Below the pieces are notes generated by a model. That model saw only the letters and a list, made by a program, of their open reading frames with translations. It was not told the DNA's origin and did no database searches. Below, in pieces: positions 41,001 through 51,181 of a stretch of DNA of 64,000 bases. How positions within the stretch are numbered: position 1 is the first letter of the stretch; each line of letters starts with the position of its first letter. The position numbers were made by a program, and so were the translations under genes. This DNA is from a virus: IMG/VR virus record IMGVR_UViG_3300021197_000245, positions 4,002 through 68,001 of that record. The stretch is one strand, 5' to 3'.

Positions 41001-44000
41001 CAAATAAAAATACAAGAAGGCGAGGCTACTTATAAGTTAGATTTTACTAATGTTGACTTTGAGAAGAATACTCCAAATATAGATAAGTTGAAAAAGCTTG
41101 GGTACACAGATAAAGAAATTAAAAAATTTATACCTATAAACCCAGAAACGGGTAAACCAATACCTAGCTTTGATAAAAAAACACAACCTAAAAAGAAAGA
41201 AGTGGGTGCACCAGACGTTACTTTTGTACCTGCAAACAAGACACTTTATAACGCCATACAAAGAGAAGCTAATAATTATTTAGCTACGAACTCTAATGAA
41301 GCCTTGGTATCTCTAGGTGTAAGTAGAAGAGGTGATACCTTTAAAGCTGATATTTTAAAAACGGTGCAAGAGCAGAGAGAAGCCACTGCACCTAGAGCTG
41401 TTATATACAATACTAATGAAGTTGTAAGTGGTCATTTACCTCCTAATGCTAAAAATCCAACTCCTGAAATAAAGGGTATTGTATTTGTTAAAGACGGAAA
41501 AGAAATTTTTGGACCTTTCCCTGAAAATGTAAACCATCCTTTAAAAGATGTAGACTTAAAAGATTATAAATTTTTAGAGACATCCGCAGTAAGTGGACTT
41601 GATATACCAATACATCCTGTAGTCAACAGTTTGTTATCGCAGGGTAAGTTACATGAAGCTTTGGTTGCATTAGGTAATTCAGCCACAAACAAGCGTGTAG
41701 CCCAAATAGCACGTGCATTATCTAAAGTATCGGGCACTACTAAAGTTAAAGTAGTAAGAAATCTTACAGCTGATAACTCAGGTAAAGAAGTTTCTGGTAA
41801 ATTTGATCCTAAGACAAATACAATATTCTTAGACGCAGACACTGGCATCAACTCTCACGTGATACTGCACGAAATGACACACGCAGCCACAACTGAGGCG
41901 TTGGCAAATAAATCAAGTCAAGAAGTAAAGAAGCTAACTGTTTTATTTGATTCCGTAAAAGACATGTTAGACACCGCTTATGGAGCACAAAACTTAGATG
42001 AATTTGTAGCAGAAACTTTTAGTAATCCTGAGTTTCAACAAAAACTTGCTGGCATGAATTATAGCAATACCAATGGGTTACAGACATTTTTTAATACCAT
42101 AGGTAACTTTGTGCGAAAACTTCTTGGTATGCAAACTAAAGATATAAATACTGCACTAAACGAATCCGATCAATTAATACAAGATATATTATCTCCTGCA
42201 CCTAAATTTAGGAACGCAGGTGAACTGTTAATGTTAAATGGTAAAGAGAGAATAAAAAGAGCGGGTGACTACATAGCTAACAAGTACGAACAAACAAAAT
42301 CAGGAGAAACTAAACAACAATTTCAAGAAAGATTAACAAGTTTTCTTAACAGTAAATCGGCAAATAAATTAAAGGCATGGACTTTAAGAGCCTTACCACT
42401 AAAAGCAGTTGCAGATCAAAATGGAGAGTTAAATAAAAAAGCTATAACTAGATTAAAAGAGGAGCTAAACAACGCTACTACAGATGCAGAAAAGAAAGCC
42501 ATAGAAGAAAAATTAGCCATACTAAGAAACAATACAGCTCTACAAGTTAATGATGCGATATTAGATTTAGAAGGGGACTTAGGTAAAGCTGACAGAGAAG
42601 TAGAAGGCACATTAAAAAAATTAGAGCCTTGGATAGTAAGTGCTAAAAAAAGTGGTAAATTAGAAGCATGGAATGACGTAATACATGATAGCACGATAGA
42701 GGGTGTAGATCCTACAGCGGCGGAAGATACTTACAAGAACGATCCTGAGAAATTAGCAACTTATAAACAACTTAAAGCTAAACTTTATGGACTCGGTGGA
42801 GATGCAGTAAGAAACTATATAACTCTTAGAAATGCGTATGAAACTCAGTTTGAGCAACTAAAAAAAGTATTAGAAACAAGAATGTCTGAATTAACAGACC
42901 AAGATACCTTTTCTAAGTTTAAGAAAGATGTATTTAACAAAATATTCGATAAAGCCTCGATTAGACCTTATTTTCCTTTATTTCGTAAAGGGGACTATTG
43001 GCTACGTTACGAAATACCTGTTACAAAATCTGATGGCACAACAACTACAGAGCTAGTTGTAGAAGCTTTTGAAAGTCCTCAAGGCAGAAAGAGGAGAATG
43101 TTTGAGTTAAAAGAAGGTAACGTGGCATCAAATATACAACCTTATACTAATGTTACAGCAACAAGTTTTAAAGATGTGCCTCCTACTTCTTTCGTAGGGG
43201 AAGTAATGGATTTACTTAAAAAATCTAAAGTAGATCAAAAAACACAAGATGGTATTTTAAATTTATTTATAGACGTGTTACCTGAATCTAGTTTTGCAAA
43301 AGGATTTAAAAAAAGACAAGGTATATTAGGTGCTAAAAAAGACGCATATGACGTTCTTAGAGAAAAAGGTTTTGATATTGGAAGACAAACTGCACGTATG
43401 TTACATGGTGCGAAGATTGCAAAACTACAAAAGAAATTAGAAGATGAAACTAAAGAATTAAGGTTTGATGAGGAAGGTGAAGCAAGAGTTAGAGTTCAAA
43501 CAGAAATGTCAAAAAGGGCAGATTTTGCAAGGAACCCTCCACCAGATTATATGGCATCTTTAGCTAACAGACTTGCATTTATAGGTACTATTGGATTTAA
43601 CATATCCTCCGCTGTAGTTAACTTTTCTCAAATACCTCTTATGTTTTATCCTGTGCTTGGGGGGCAGTATGGTTTAAAAGAAGCTAATTCTGCTTTAGGA
43701 AAATCTTCATTATTATTTGTAGGTAGTGGTCTATCCCGTAAAATGAAAACTTTAGACGGAGATAACGTGGATGCAAAAGGCTCCGTATCTATAGATAATT
43801 ATTTTGAGGCTGATGGTGCCAGTTTAGTGGTAAGAAAAGATTTGGAAGCTATATTAAATAAGACAGATAAAGGTAAAGCAAAACTAGAACAACTAAACAG
43901 AATCATACCATTAATTGTACAAGCACAAAATCATGGTCAGCTAGGGCGATCTTTATTTTATGACACTTTAAATATTGAATCTGCAGGAAAAGCAAGGACT

Positions 44001-45242
44001 ACTTGGGATACTGTAAATGCTTGGTCAGCATGGACTTTTCATCACATGGAAAGAATGAATAGACAAGTAGCACTCGTTGCCGCTTATAATTTAGAGTTAG
44101 ACAGATTAAGTAAAAAACCAAGTTCTAAAGAACAAGGTATGTCACTCGCAGAAAAGAAAGAACTTGCTGCCAAAAATGCTATATATTTAACTACAGAAAT
44201 GAATGGTGGTGCAACTTTATCAACCACATCAGGTATTGCTCAAGAAGGAATCGGCAGAGTAGCTATGATGTATAAAGGTTATGGTATGCAAATGTATTAT
44301 ACTATGTATACACGTGCTAGAGATGCAATAAGAAAAGCTAGTGATCCTGACTTGACGGCAGAAGAAAATAAACAACTTAAAAAAGCCGCTATAAAACAAG
44401 TAGCAGGAATACTTACATCTTCGTTTTTACTGGCAGGTGTGCAAGGTATGCCTTTAGTAGGAGCAGCACTATTTATAACTAATTTATTTAAAGATGACGA
44501 CGAAGAAGATGCAGAAACAAATTTACGTACGTTTATAGGTGAAGGTTTTTATAAAGGTCCTATAAATTTTTTTGGTGGTGTAGACGTAGCTTCACGTATT
44601 GGCTTATCCAATCTATTATTCAGAGCAAATCCATATTCAGACCCTGATGCAAATTTGACATCTCAATTATCAGAATTACTTACTGGACCTGCAGGTAGTA
44701 TGGCTAACCAAGTTTACAGGGGTATACAAGAATTAAAAGAAGGTGAGCTAGAAAGAGCAGGTATGAATTTTGTACCAGCCGCTATACGTAACATGTATAA
44801 AGCTGCTATCAAGTATCCAACAGAAGGTGGTATACTAACAAGACGTGGCGATGTTATATATGACGATTTAAATGCTTGGGAGTTAGGAGCACAATTCCTT
44901 GGATTTGCCCCTGCAGAATACACAAAGACACAGGAAATGAATAGAGTTACTAAAACTCAAGATAGAGATATAGTAAGTCAAAGTACTAAGCTACTTAAAA
45001 AATATTATGTTGCTATGCGTATGGGTGACGACACACAAGACATTTTAGAAGACATATTAGAGTATAACAGAAAATACCCTGCCGTTGCCATCACTCCAGA
45101 CTCCATACTTAGGTCTATGAGGATGCACATGAGAACTTCTTTGTTAATGGATAAAGGTATAACTCTATCTCCTAAAATGAGGGCATACTTATTAGCACAA
45201 AGAAATGAGTGGTCAGCGGCATCAATATATGATGAAGATTAA
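38067..45242 (+). CDS. Giant internal virion protein of large-polyvalent type with zincin metallopeptidase motif (2391 aa)
   Basis: ILHEMTHAA (HExxH) with downstream DEFVAE; YFPLFRKGDYW (PLxRFG-like); last gene of the + arm. Confidence 0.75.
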   Translation: MSRIDKYADWLVENQDKQGTPDFETVVNAYKELRAQESDSLVDDVFKLQEVPEDVPIETDFIDEVEEAVKGIGGGAVNILESAALGAITPFGEDTESELRETIQSIGGAAKSLFEADEGSEDLVGRKFGEALGSFAGILGAAAIPGIGLPAAATLAIGAGAGEASERARAGGATEGERAAASGLGALVGATELISPIRIVRAFKKGVGDQATENIFSKGKRILQEAGVEGTQEFLAGVGQNLIEQNIYNPDKGTFTGSGEALGYGAGVGGFVQAVMEVIAPYRARGKTTEGAPDESEQTKLLEDQTKLQLEDQRPTVDFGPKLQEDQIQGELFADPLKNIEGDPNVVEPEAEVKPETEVKDDIPVQRDMIEELEDAQVKGLIDADESAQLRDMLAKDEEAAIKQLKSKSETLNNIELKQVATRLENKRQTETAVKRNAVLDQVLSVSETGSQVNTEKAFSKALSDAGIADTAPNTQEKAKIARKTYEIQERKQPADEAPEFQRADKRFGKERVARTEIPSLEKEVKPQAILPERLSATASQDVAPVAEPAVEPVVEPEKPVDKVTTDVTPDEKLTAVEEEIIASGEANIQKTKDAEKELYKGITVKSKQQLGGRVTTVSDGKKDLYFLRNPDDDSFYRSSADGMKMLNFDGQDFSKSGSTALPISDNKKDASDILAKELKGTKPDVTPAPVARPESPTPEKKSTRVTKRDAGPKDPMEKIGKTLGFITKTPKKDVKKDVKKQIAKQTDTKALTKRFEKQQEENKRKVIAKEKKTSAEELKKEGVSKPTTEQIATKTQDRKAKTQSKKTAKASIDTAVKDIKLTEKQKINEKQLATFVQEDTTQKDKEKTNVVNPSPERVAADNIEFYMKEFPSQDATTQLSVNELQTVLDLVSNPPPASDITTPSRDKTGRAAAYIYFSKQGNPRDVLDVIAHDIFFAPQEVVSSDYESKASREYFFNANERTAMLARKWIDSNLNKSQIKIQEGEATYKLDFTNVDFEKNTPNIDKLKKLGYTDKEIKKFIPINPETGKPIPSFDKKTQPKKKEVGAPDVTFVPANKTLYNAIQREANNYLATNSNEALVSLGVSRRGDTFKADILKTVQEQREATAPRAVIYNTNEVVSGHLPPNAKNPTPEIKGIVFVKDGKEIFGPFPENVNHPLKDVDLKDYKFLETSAVSGLDIPIHPVVNSLLSQGKLHEALVALGNSATNKRVAQIARALSKVSGTTKVKVVRNLTADNSGKEVSGKFDPKTNTIFLDADTGINSHVILHEMTHAATTEALANKSSQEVKKLTVLFDSVKDMLDTAYGAQNLDEFVAETFSNPEFQQKLAGMNYSNTNGLQTFFNTIGNFVRKLLGMQTKDINTALNESDQLIQDILSPAPKFRNAGELLMLNGKERIKRAGDYIANKYEQTKSGETKQQFQERLTSFLNSKSANKLKAWTLRALPLKAVADQNGELNKKAITRLKEELNNATTDAEKKAIEEKLAILRNNTALQVNDAILDLEGDLGKADREVEGTLKKLEPWIVSAKKSGKLEAWNDVIHDSTIEGVDPTAAEDTYKNDPEKLATYKQLKAKLYGLGGDAVRNYITLRNAYETQFEQLKKVLETRMSELTDQDTFSKFKKDVFNKIFDKASIRPYFPLFRKGDYWLRYEIPVTKSDGTTTTELVVEAFESPQGRKRRMFELKEGNVASNIQPYTNVTATSFKDVPPTSFVGEVMDLLKKSKVDQKTQDGILNLFIDVLPESSFAKGFKKRQGILGAKKDAYDVLREKGFDIGRQTARMLHGAKIAKLQKKLEDETKELRFDEEGEARVRVQTEMSKRADFARNPPPDYMASLANRLAFIGTIGFNISSAVVNFSQIPLMFYPVLGGQYGLKEANSALGKSSLLFVGSGLSRKMKTLDGDNVDAKGSVSIDNYFEADGASLVVRKDLEAILNKTDKGKAKLEQLNRIIPLIVQAQNHGQLGRSLFYDTLNIESAGKARTTWDTVNAWSAWTFHHMERMNRQVALVAAYNLELDRLSKKPSSKEQGMSLAEKKELAAKNAIYLTTEMNGGATLSTTSGIAQEGIGRVAMMYKGYGMQMYYTMYTRARDAIRKASDPDLTAEENKQLKKAAIKQVAGILTSSFLLAGVQGMPLVGAALFITNLFKDDDEEDAETNLRTFIGEGFYKGPINFFGGVDVASRIGLSNLLFRANPYSDPDANLTSQLSELLTGPAGSMANQVYRGIQELKEGELERAGMNFVPAAIRNMYKAAIKYPTEGGILTRRGDVIYDDLNAWELGAQFLGFAPAEYTKTQEMNRVTKTQDRDIVSQSTKLLKKYYVAMRMGDDTQDILEDILEYNRKYPAVAITPDSILRSMRMHMRTSLLMDKGITLSPKMRAYLLAQRNEWSAASIYDED

Positions 45243-45460
45243 GTTAGCCGCCAAACACGTACACCTAGCTTCTCGTCTTCTACACGTATCTGCATTTGAT
45301 ACTCCCAACCCTTATCATTCATCACTTTTTTGATTTGGCTAAGTGCTGCCTGGGTGTTAACCGACAGGATGAACACAGAGGAACCTGTTACCATGTCATC
45401 CCAGTTGACTATTATACGAACCCCGTCAGGGTTAAGATCATACTTCTTCAGTATTGCCAT
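45239..45460 (-). CDS. Small hypothetical protein
   Basis: Ends GVRVWRLT; overlaps the primase end; last gene of the - arm. Confidence 0.65.
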   Translation of the reverse strand: MAILKKYDLNPDGVRIIVNWDDMVTGSSVFILSVNTQAALSQIKKVMNDKGWEYQMQIRVEDEKLGVRVWRLT

Positions 45461-48230
45461 CTAATTTCTCTACAGAACAGTCCACGATAATAACATCTGT
45501 TGGAGGCAGGTTCATGTGTGTACCTTTACTTAACCTCATTTTAGTCTTACGTGCTCCTAGTTTCGTATTTAAATCATTCATAAATGAACTGTAATTTATT
45601 TGCTGTTCGCCACACCATATCTTAAGCGGTTTAGGTACTAGATATGCACGTTTTAAATCTGTTTCGTAACGGGCAACTAATTTACCTCTTGGCACTACTT
45701 CGGGAATAACTATCGAATCTACATCTAAGTCTTGCTTGCGTAGGTCATCAGTGCTTTTAATCCATAAAATATTACCATAATGCTCATTAATATAGTCATT
45801 AAGTATCTCTGCTACGCTAACACTCATATCATCTACATGACGTTTATTTTGATTTATTAGCCATATGCCCCATTTAAACGCTTTTTTAGGTTCATATTCA
45901 ATAAGCCCTGCTTGTTTCGCAAGTATAAGACCCGTTACTGTAGCGGCTACAAATGTAGACCAAAATCTATTTTCAGCTTTTAAGTTTGCTCTTATATCTA
46001 TCTTTTCCTGCACCGATGTTAATAGTTTTTTAACACCTTCTATATCTTGCATTATGTATTGCACATACTTTACCCCTGCATGACCATAAGTTTTCAACAT
46101 ATTATTTCTGTATTCATGAGTTTCTTTTGCAGTACTAAACGTTTGTGCTTTAACACGACACTCTAAAATACGTTGTGCTTCTGCCTTGGGCATAGATTTA
46201 ACCATGCTAATCCGCTCTACTATACTGGCGTTAGCTGTAGTTATTGATAATAGACTCCATGGATCGCCACGAAACCTTTCGGTATTACTTCCACTAGACA
46301 TACGTCCACGTTGCCTACCACCTGTAAGTTGGTATGTAAGAACACTTAACTGTCTGCCAGTGGTGTTGGTAAGTTCGTCCATGACTAGTGGTAAGTTATG
46401 ATAAACCTCTCCTCTATTCATTCTAGCATTAAGAGTATCCTGCTCATTGGTCATAAGTTCTTCAGGATCACCCCACAGAGTCAACCCTGTCTGAGCCGCA
46501 GTGGTTTTACCCACACCCGTTTCACCATGTAAATGTAATCCAGCGGCATTTATTGGTGAGAAGTGCATCAAGACAGAACCAAAAGACACGCCCACCACAA
46601 ATTGTTCCATCTCAAACCCATCACGATTGTAGAACGCCATCATTTCTTTCCACTCTTCAAATGTGCCACTCGGATTAAATAACGGAAATAAACCTGCCGT
46701 CTGCGTAGATGGAGGGTTAAACTCTACTCTGTCTTTGTATATTGTTTGATTACCAAGAACAAACGAACTACCCTCATCATCTGTCCAACCGAACTGTCTG
46801 TGTGCTTGATCTGCTACACTGTTAGCTTGTAATTCATTTACCCATGTTGTTGTATATTGCATAATCTCATCCATCTTTGTAACGGCTACACCTTGCATAG
46901 ACATCTGTTTACGAAAGTCGTCTCTTGATGTAACAGCAGTTAACGGCAGAGTAAATTCTCTTACTCCATCTCTAGGTAAGTGTAGTCTCATCACAACTGC
47001 CTCACCAACTTCTGCGTCCCGCAGTCTTCTAACAACATATAAGTCGTTATGATATATTATCTTCTCGTCGGGATCACCATCTGCATTTCGAGTCCTTATA
47101 TATACGCCCCCATTAGCACCTCTAAAATATGGTCTAGGATATGCAGGTATAGTGTATACGTTAGTAGGAGAATTTGGTAGGTCGATCGCAGGTGCTTCTA
47201 CTACATTATCCTCTTCTGTTGCCTCTCTTACCCTCTGACCTAATACTATGGGAGACTTTATCTTACCCCAATGAATACAATCTTTACATATATTAGGACT
47301 ATAATCATCAAATGTATTACATAAATACGGACCTTTTATGGCTTCTACTTTCCTGTTAGTAGCTTCTTGTGTGTAGTCCGAGTGGTGCCTGGATACAATG
47401 TGTGTAGCTTCGTCTCCGTCTACACAGTATTTAGCAATAGATAAACCTGCTCTCCACAAAGGCTCGCTTATATCTTGTTGGTATCTAAGTATGTTCTCTA
47501 TCTGAGCACACCCACGTTTTGCTTTCGTTTTATTTACAATATCTAAGAATACACTCTCCTTGCCACCTAAATATGTGTCGTCGCTAGGTACGTATCTTCT
47601 AGGTATCTCTATCGGATCGTCACCAAGCAATTCGGCAAACTCATCAAAGTCTATTAACGGAGGTGCATCAAGACCAAAAAAAGTTACTTCTGTAGGAGGA
47701 TTTGTCTTGTGATTGTGCGTTGTAGGTACTCGAAGTACACGACACACGTCAGCTGTTACAGCAACATCTGCTAACAAGTTATGCTTTGCACAAAGAGCTT
47801 TAAGGCGGGTAGCAACGGGTAACCAATTTTCTTTACCTACGCTCTCCGTTAATCTCCAATATACATGTACACCTCTACCCGAATTAATCTTTAAAGGGTT
47901 AGGTAATTTTAATTTATCACAAAACTTACGTAACGCATCAAGTGCGTCAGACTGATTTGCATAATCTTTGCTTGGACCACAGTCTAGGTCAAGAAAGAAC
48001 GATTTAAGTTCTTTCATATTGTCTGCTTTTCTAGACCCATCCTTGTCACATGTAGCAAGTCCAAAATAAGAATCGTAACCTTTTTCATCAAGGTCAACGG
48101 CTCCATCAATTAAATGTCCTATCGTAGGATAGAACTTTTGTATTCTACCATTATCGCTAGAACGTAATGCTAACAAACTATACAGACCACCATCTGCTAG
48201 CACACTCTTCAAAAATATATCTGTTTCCAT
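45438..48230 (-). CDS. Primase-helicase (primase-polymerase-type N-terminus, DUF927, P-loop helicase)
   Basis: FFLDLDCG and SGRGVHVYW primase motifs, DVCRVLRVPTT, SEPLWRAGLS, Walker A GETGVGKTT and DELTN; start moved to ATG 48230. Confidence 0.85.
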   Translation of the reverse strand: METDIFLKSVLADGGLYSLLALRSSDNGRIQKFYPTIGHLIDGAVDLDEKGYDSYFGLATCDKDGSRKADNMKELKSFFLDLDCGPSKDYANQSDALDALRKFCDKLKLPNPLKINSGRGVHVYWRLTESVGKENWLPVATRLKALCAKHNLLADVAVTADVCRVLRVPTTHNHKTNPPTEVTFFGLDAPPLIDFDEFAELLGDDPIEIPRRYVPSDDTYLGGKESVFLDIVNKTKAKRGCAQIENILRYQQDISEPLWRAGLSIAKYCVDGDEATHIVSRHHSDYTQEATNRKVEAIKGPYLCNTFDDYSPNICKDCIHWGKIKSPIVLGQRVREATEEDNVVEAPAIDLPNSPTNVYTIPAYPRPYFRGANGGVYIRTRNADGDPDEKIIYHNDLYVVRRLRDAEVGEAVVMRLHLPRDGVREFTLPLTAVTSRDDFRKQMSMQGVAVTKMDEIMQYTTTWVNELQANSVADQAHRQFGWTDDEGSSFVLGNQTIYKDRVEFNPPSTQTAGLFPLFNPSGTFEEWKEMMAFYNRDGFEMEQFVVGVSFGSVLMHFSPINAAGLHLHGETGVGKTTAAQTGLTLWGDPEELMTNEQDTLNARMNRGEVYHNLPLVMDELTNTTGRQLSVLTYQLTGGRQRGRMSSGSNTERFRGDPWSLLSITTANASIVERISMVKSMPKAEAQRILECRVKAQTFSTAKETHEYRNNMLKTYGHAGVKYVQYIMQDIEGVKKLLTSVQEKIDIRANLKAENRFWSTFVAATVTGLILAKQAGLIEYEPKKAFKWGIWLINQNKRHVDDMSVSVAEILNDYINEHYGNILWIKSTDDLRKQDLDVDSIVIPEVVPRGKLVARYETDLKRAYLVPKPLKIWCGEQQINYSSFMNDLNTKLGARKTKMRLSKGTHMNLPPTDVIIVDCSVEKLDGNTEEV

Positions 48231-48335
48231 AGCACCCACCGTATAGTTGATCGCCACCACCCTCCCTCAACAAAGAGTGATGGCTCCTGCCTTAACTAAC
48301 TAGTAAAGATAAAATTAGGGCAGATTAGTTAGAGA

Positions 48336-49004
48336 CTAGTCGTCGTCCCAATTATCAACTATGGATGCTAAATCACCTCCACCTTTTTTAGGCTCGGGAG
48401 TAGGTTTGGTGGCAACCTTTTTAGGTTCTTCTATAGGTGCCTCTTCGTCAAACGGATTCACGTCAGCTTCTTTAGCTTCAAACCCATCAACTGCATTAAA
48501 TGGATTGTCTTCTTTCATAGGTTTTAAATCCACAACCTGCACTGCTTTTAATCTTAATGACACACCGTTATCACGTACGTTATACGGTACACAAGCTATA
48601 GCCACGTTGATTATACTGCCATTAGTTAACATAAACTCTTCGGGTAGCTTAGCATTTTTTGCATCATAATGTGCAGGTTTTCTTGTAGGCTCATTATCAT
48701 AAGAACCTTTTAGTTTAGCCTTATGAGTGTATGTACCATCTTCATCTTTCTTAAATGGCATAGCAAACTTCTCAGGCCAATTTGCTTCTTTCTTTGAATC
48801 ATAAGCTAACTTCATGTGCTTATATAAAGCTTTTGCTTGCGTTTCTGACATACGAAACTGCAATGTATATGCAGAACCTTCATCAGTTGGATTACAAGGA
48901 ACAGACCTTTGCTCAACTGTATCGTACTTGTAAGTACGGTTTATCCTAGGCCACATTGCCTCCACGTTATTAATATTATAATTCATATTGAAATTATTCG
49001 ACAT
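48336..49004 (-). CDS. Putative ssDNA-binding protein
   Basis: GVSLRLKAVQVVDL motif and acidic C-terminus ending WDDD, like T7 gp2.5-type SSBs; replication module. Confidence 0.65.
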   Translation of the reverse strand: MSNNFNMNYNINNVEAMWPRINRTYKYDTVEQRSVPCNPTDEGSAYTLQFRMSETQAKALYKHMKLAYDSKKEANWPEKFAMPFKKDEDGTYTHKAKLKGSYDNEPTRKPAHYDAKNAKLPEEFMLTNGSIINVAIACVPYNVRDNGVSLRLKAVQVVDLKPMKEDNPFNAVDGFEAKEADVNPFDEEAPIEEPKKVATKPTPEPKKGGGDLASIVDNWDDD

Positions 49005-49016
49005 TCTAAATCTCCC

Positions 49017-49253
49017 TTACATGTCATCGTCAAAGTTAACAGCACCTGCTTCCATAAGCACGGGCTCCTCTTTTTTCTTCTCTGCTTTAGTTAGTGCATC
49101 TGCTACATCATCAATACAAAACCTATAAGTACTACCTACTTTTATGTAAGTGTCTTGTGGTATGTCTTGTTGACGAACCCATGCACGGATTGTTGATATG
49201 GAGACAGAGAAGTGTTTCGCCACATCTTCGATTGGTACGTATTTTCCAGTCAT
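49017..49253 (-). CDS. Excisionase/MerR-like HTH DNA-binding protein
   Basis: IEDVAKHFSVSISTIRAWVR..IP...KVG..YRF. Confidence 0.8.
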   Translation of the reverse strand: MTGKYVPIEDVAKHFSVSISTIRAWVRQQDIPQDTYIKVGSTYRFCIDDVADALTKAEKKKEEPVLMEAGAVNFDDDM

Positions 49254-49651
49254 TTTTTCCTCACTACTATTGAATATTCCGTATCTTGATTCAACCCTTT
49301 GGGCATCAGATCGGGGTTATCTTCGAGGAACTGCTTTATGTTAGTCTGATTAAGACGCTTGTCAAAGAACTCAGGAACTTTATTCTCCATGATAAATTCA
49401 TACATGGATTCCCAATCACTTGTCCAAAACTTTGTCTTAGTCGTCCTAAAGAACGATCCCTCTGAAGTCCTTGCACTCTCGACGTTTTGCTCTGTGCAAT
49501 AGTCAAGTAGTCCTTGTCTAAGCCTATCTTGCTGTGCAACAAGAATGGCATCTTTTTCTTTAAATTCAGCAGACATCTTGGCACGCTCGGCTCTTATCTT
49601 AATGAAAGCCTTGGTTAGTTTGTCTACCGACACTGCGTCGTCTTCAGCCAT
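49250..49651 (-). CDS. Conserved replication-module hypothetical protein
   Basis: N-terminal coiled coil, SDWE..YEFI motif; AGGGAG RBS. Confidence 0.7.
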   Translation of the reverse strand: MAEDDAVSVDKLTKAFIKIRAERAKMSAEFKEKDAILVAQQDRLRQGLLDYCTEQNVESARTSEGSFFRTTKTKFWTSDWESMYEFIMENKVPEFFDKRLNQTNIKQFLEDNPDLMPKGLNQDTEYSIVVRKK

Positions 49652-49681
49652 ATTTTTCTCCCTTATGATACTGATACATTA

Positions 49682-49710
49682 TATATAGTGACTATATATT
49701 ACTTAGTCAA
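49682..49710 (-). promoter_or_regulatory. Putative sigma70 promoter overlapped by a 19-bp palindrome
   Basis: Minus strand TTGACT-17-TATATA; ATATATAGT-G-ACTATATAT at 49681-49699. Confidence 0.45.
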
Positions 49711-51079
49711 GTATTTCTTTGTAAAGATCAGTAATTTTTGTGTGGATGTTAATTCTGCTATCTAACAGTCTGTAAACGTGTTTTTCTACGTCGGAACCTT
49801 GTAGTTGGACCACAGTGCACTTGTGCTTTTGTCCAGACCTGTGTACACGTGCATTGGCTTGAGCATAAGTCTCGAGTGACCCGACGGGGGACCACCACAC
49901 TACAGTATTAGCGGCTGTTAACGTGACACCGTGTGCCGCAGAGGCTGGCTGTATCACCAGAACCCGTGGGCTCGATGCTTCCTGAAACTGTTTAAATATG
50001 TTTGTGCGTGCTGACGCACTCACGCTACCCTGAATTATCTCAGTAGATATACCATCTTTCCTTAGTCTATCTGTTAATATATTTATCACATGTTTGAACG
50101 GAACAAACACAAGAACCTTCTGACTAGACTCATCAATAACTTCTTTCAACACTTTGTATCTGTGCTTTATGTCGAACTCAAGTGTTTCACCATCGTCGGT
50201 GTACACTGCTCCCGAAGATATTTGTAGTAACTTGTTCATACCTACTGCGGCATTTACAGCAGTGACTTGTTCACCCGTTATCTCTAATACTAATCTTCTC
50301 TTTAACTGCTCATAATATTTCTTTTGCTGACGGGTAAGCTCTACGGCTCTCTTTACATAAGTCATACTTGGTAAATCTAAGCACTCATCTTTGGTAAATC
50401 GAATCGCTGGTTGTAATACTTTAAATACAGTGTTTGTAGCATTTGCTTTTGGTATCCACTTAAAGTTAGTTATCTTAGTCATAACCATATCTCTGAAAGT
50501 ACCACCAAATCTAGGAACTGCCGTTGGGTTTACTAGCTTAGCTAATCCGTATGCGTCCACTGGACTCTGAGCTGCAGGTGTGCCTGTCATCATCCACAGC
50601 CACGTGTTATCACGTAATAGTTTGTTTAGTGTTTTCCAACGTCGGGTCTGTGCATTTTTGTAATGTGTAGCCTCATCTACAATTACTAAATCAAAACCAC
50701 CATCCTTTATGGAATCGGATACTATCTCTACACCATCGTAATTAATAATTACATAATCAGTGTTCTGTTCTATTATAGCTTTTCTTTTCTTAGCTTCGCC
50801 ATGTGCTACAGCAACAGTTCTGTGTGGAGCAAAGTCAAACAGATCATTTCGCCAAGCACTATCCATAATAGATAATGGACATATAACTAATACACGATTT
50901 ACTTTGCCTTGTTGTATAAGAAAATCTGATGCCCATATTGCACTAGCAGTCTTGCCTGTGCCTTGTTCGTTAAAACAAAAGGACTTCTTGTGTTGTGTGA
51001 AAAATAATGCTGTCTTGCGTTGGTGCTTAAATGGCTTGTGTTTACCCGAAAAGGTATACTTCTGTTGTAGTACTTCCAA
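49703..51079 (-). CDS. SNF2-family helicase
   Basis: EQGTGKT, VICPLS, IVDEAT, MTGTP, HGVTLT, QANARVHRSGQ; TTG start with AGGAG RBS. Confidence 0.9.
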   Translation of the reverse strand: MEVLQQKYTFSGKHKPFKHQRKTALFFTQHKKSFCFNEQGTGKTASAIWASDFLIQQGKVNRVLVICPLSIMDSAWRNDLFDFAPHRTVAVAHGEAKKRKAIIEQNTDYVIINYDGVEIVSDSIKDGGFDLVIVDEATHYKNAQTRRWKTLNKLLRDNTWLWMMTGTPAAQSPVDAYGLAKLVNPTAVPRFGGTFRDMVMTKITNFKWIPKANATNTVFKVLQPAIRFTKDECLDLPSMTYVKRAVELTRQQKKYYEQLKRRLVLEITGEQVTAVNAAVGMNKLLQISSGAVYTDDGETLEFDIKHRYKVLKEVIDESSQKVLVFVPFKHVINILTDRLRKDGISTEIIQGSVSASARTNIFKQFQEASSPRVLVIQPASAAHGVTLTAANTVVWWSPVGSLETYAQANARVHRSGQKHKCTVVQLQGSDVEKHVYRLLDSRINIHTKITDLYKEILD

Positions 51080-51181
51080 TGTATTCTCCTTGTTGCAACA
51101 GATAAAATCTGCGTTTTTCGTCGTTTTTCTAGGGTACAATCACACACGGGACTTTTGTTTTGTGGCTGTACGGGCTTTAAA

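Noticed and set aside
1772-44923. Many minus-strand ORFs in the structural arm (e.g. 11617-12078, 16559-17191, 23862-24320)
   Set aside because: Antisense shadows of well-supported + strand genes, with no RBS or motifs
49017-49253. Excisionase implying a prophage or att site
   Set aside because: No integrase, att repeat or host genes are visible; such HTH proteins are common in replication modules
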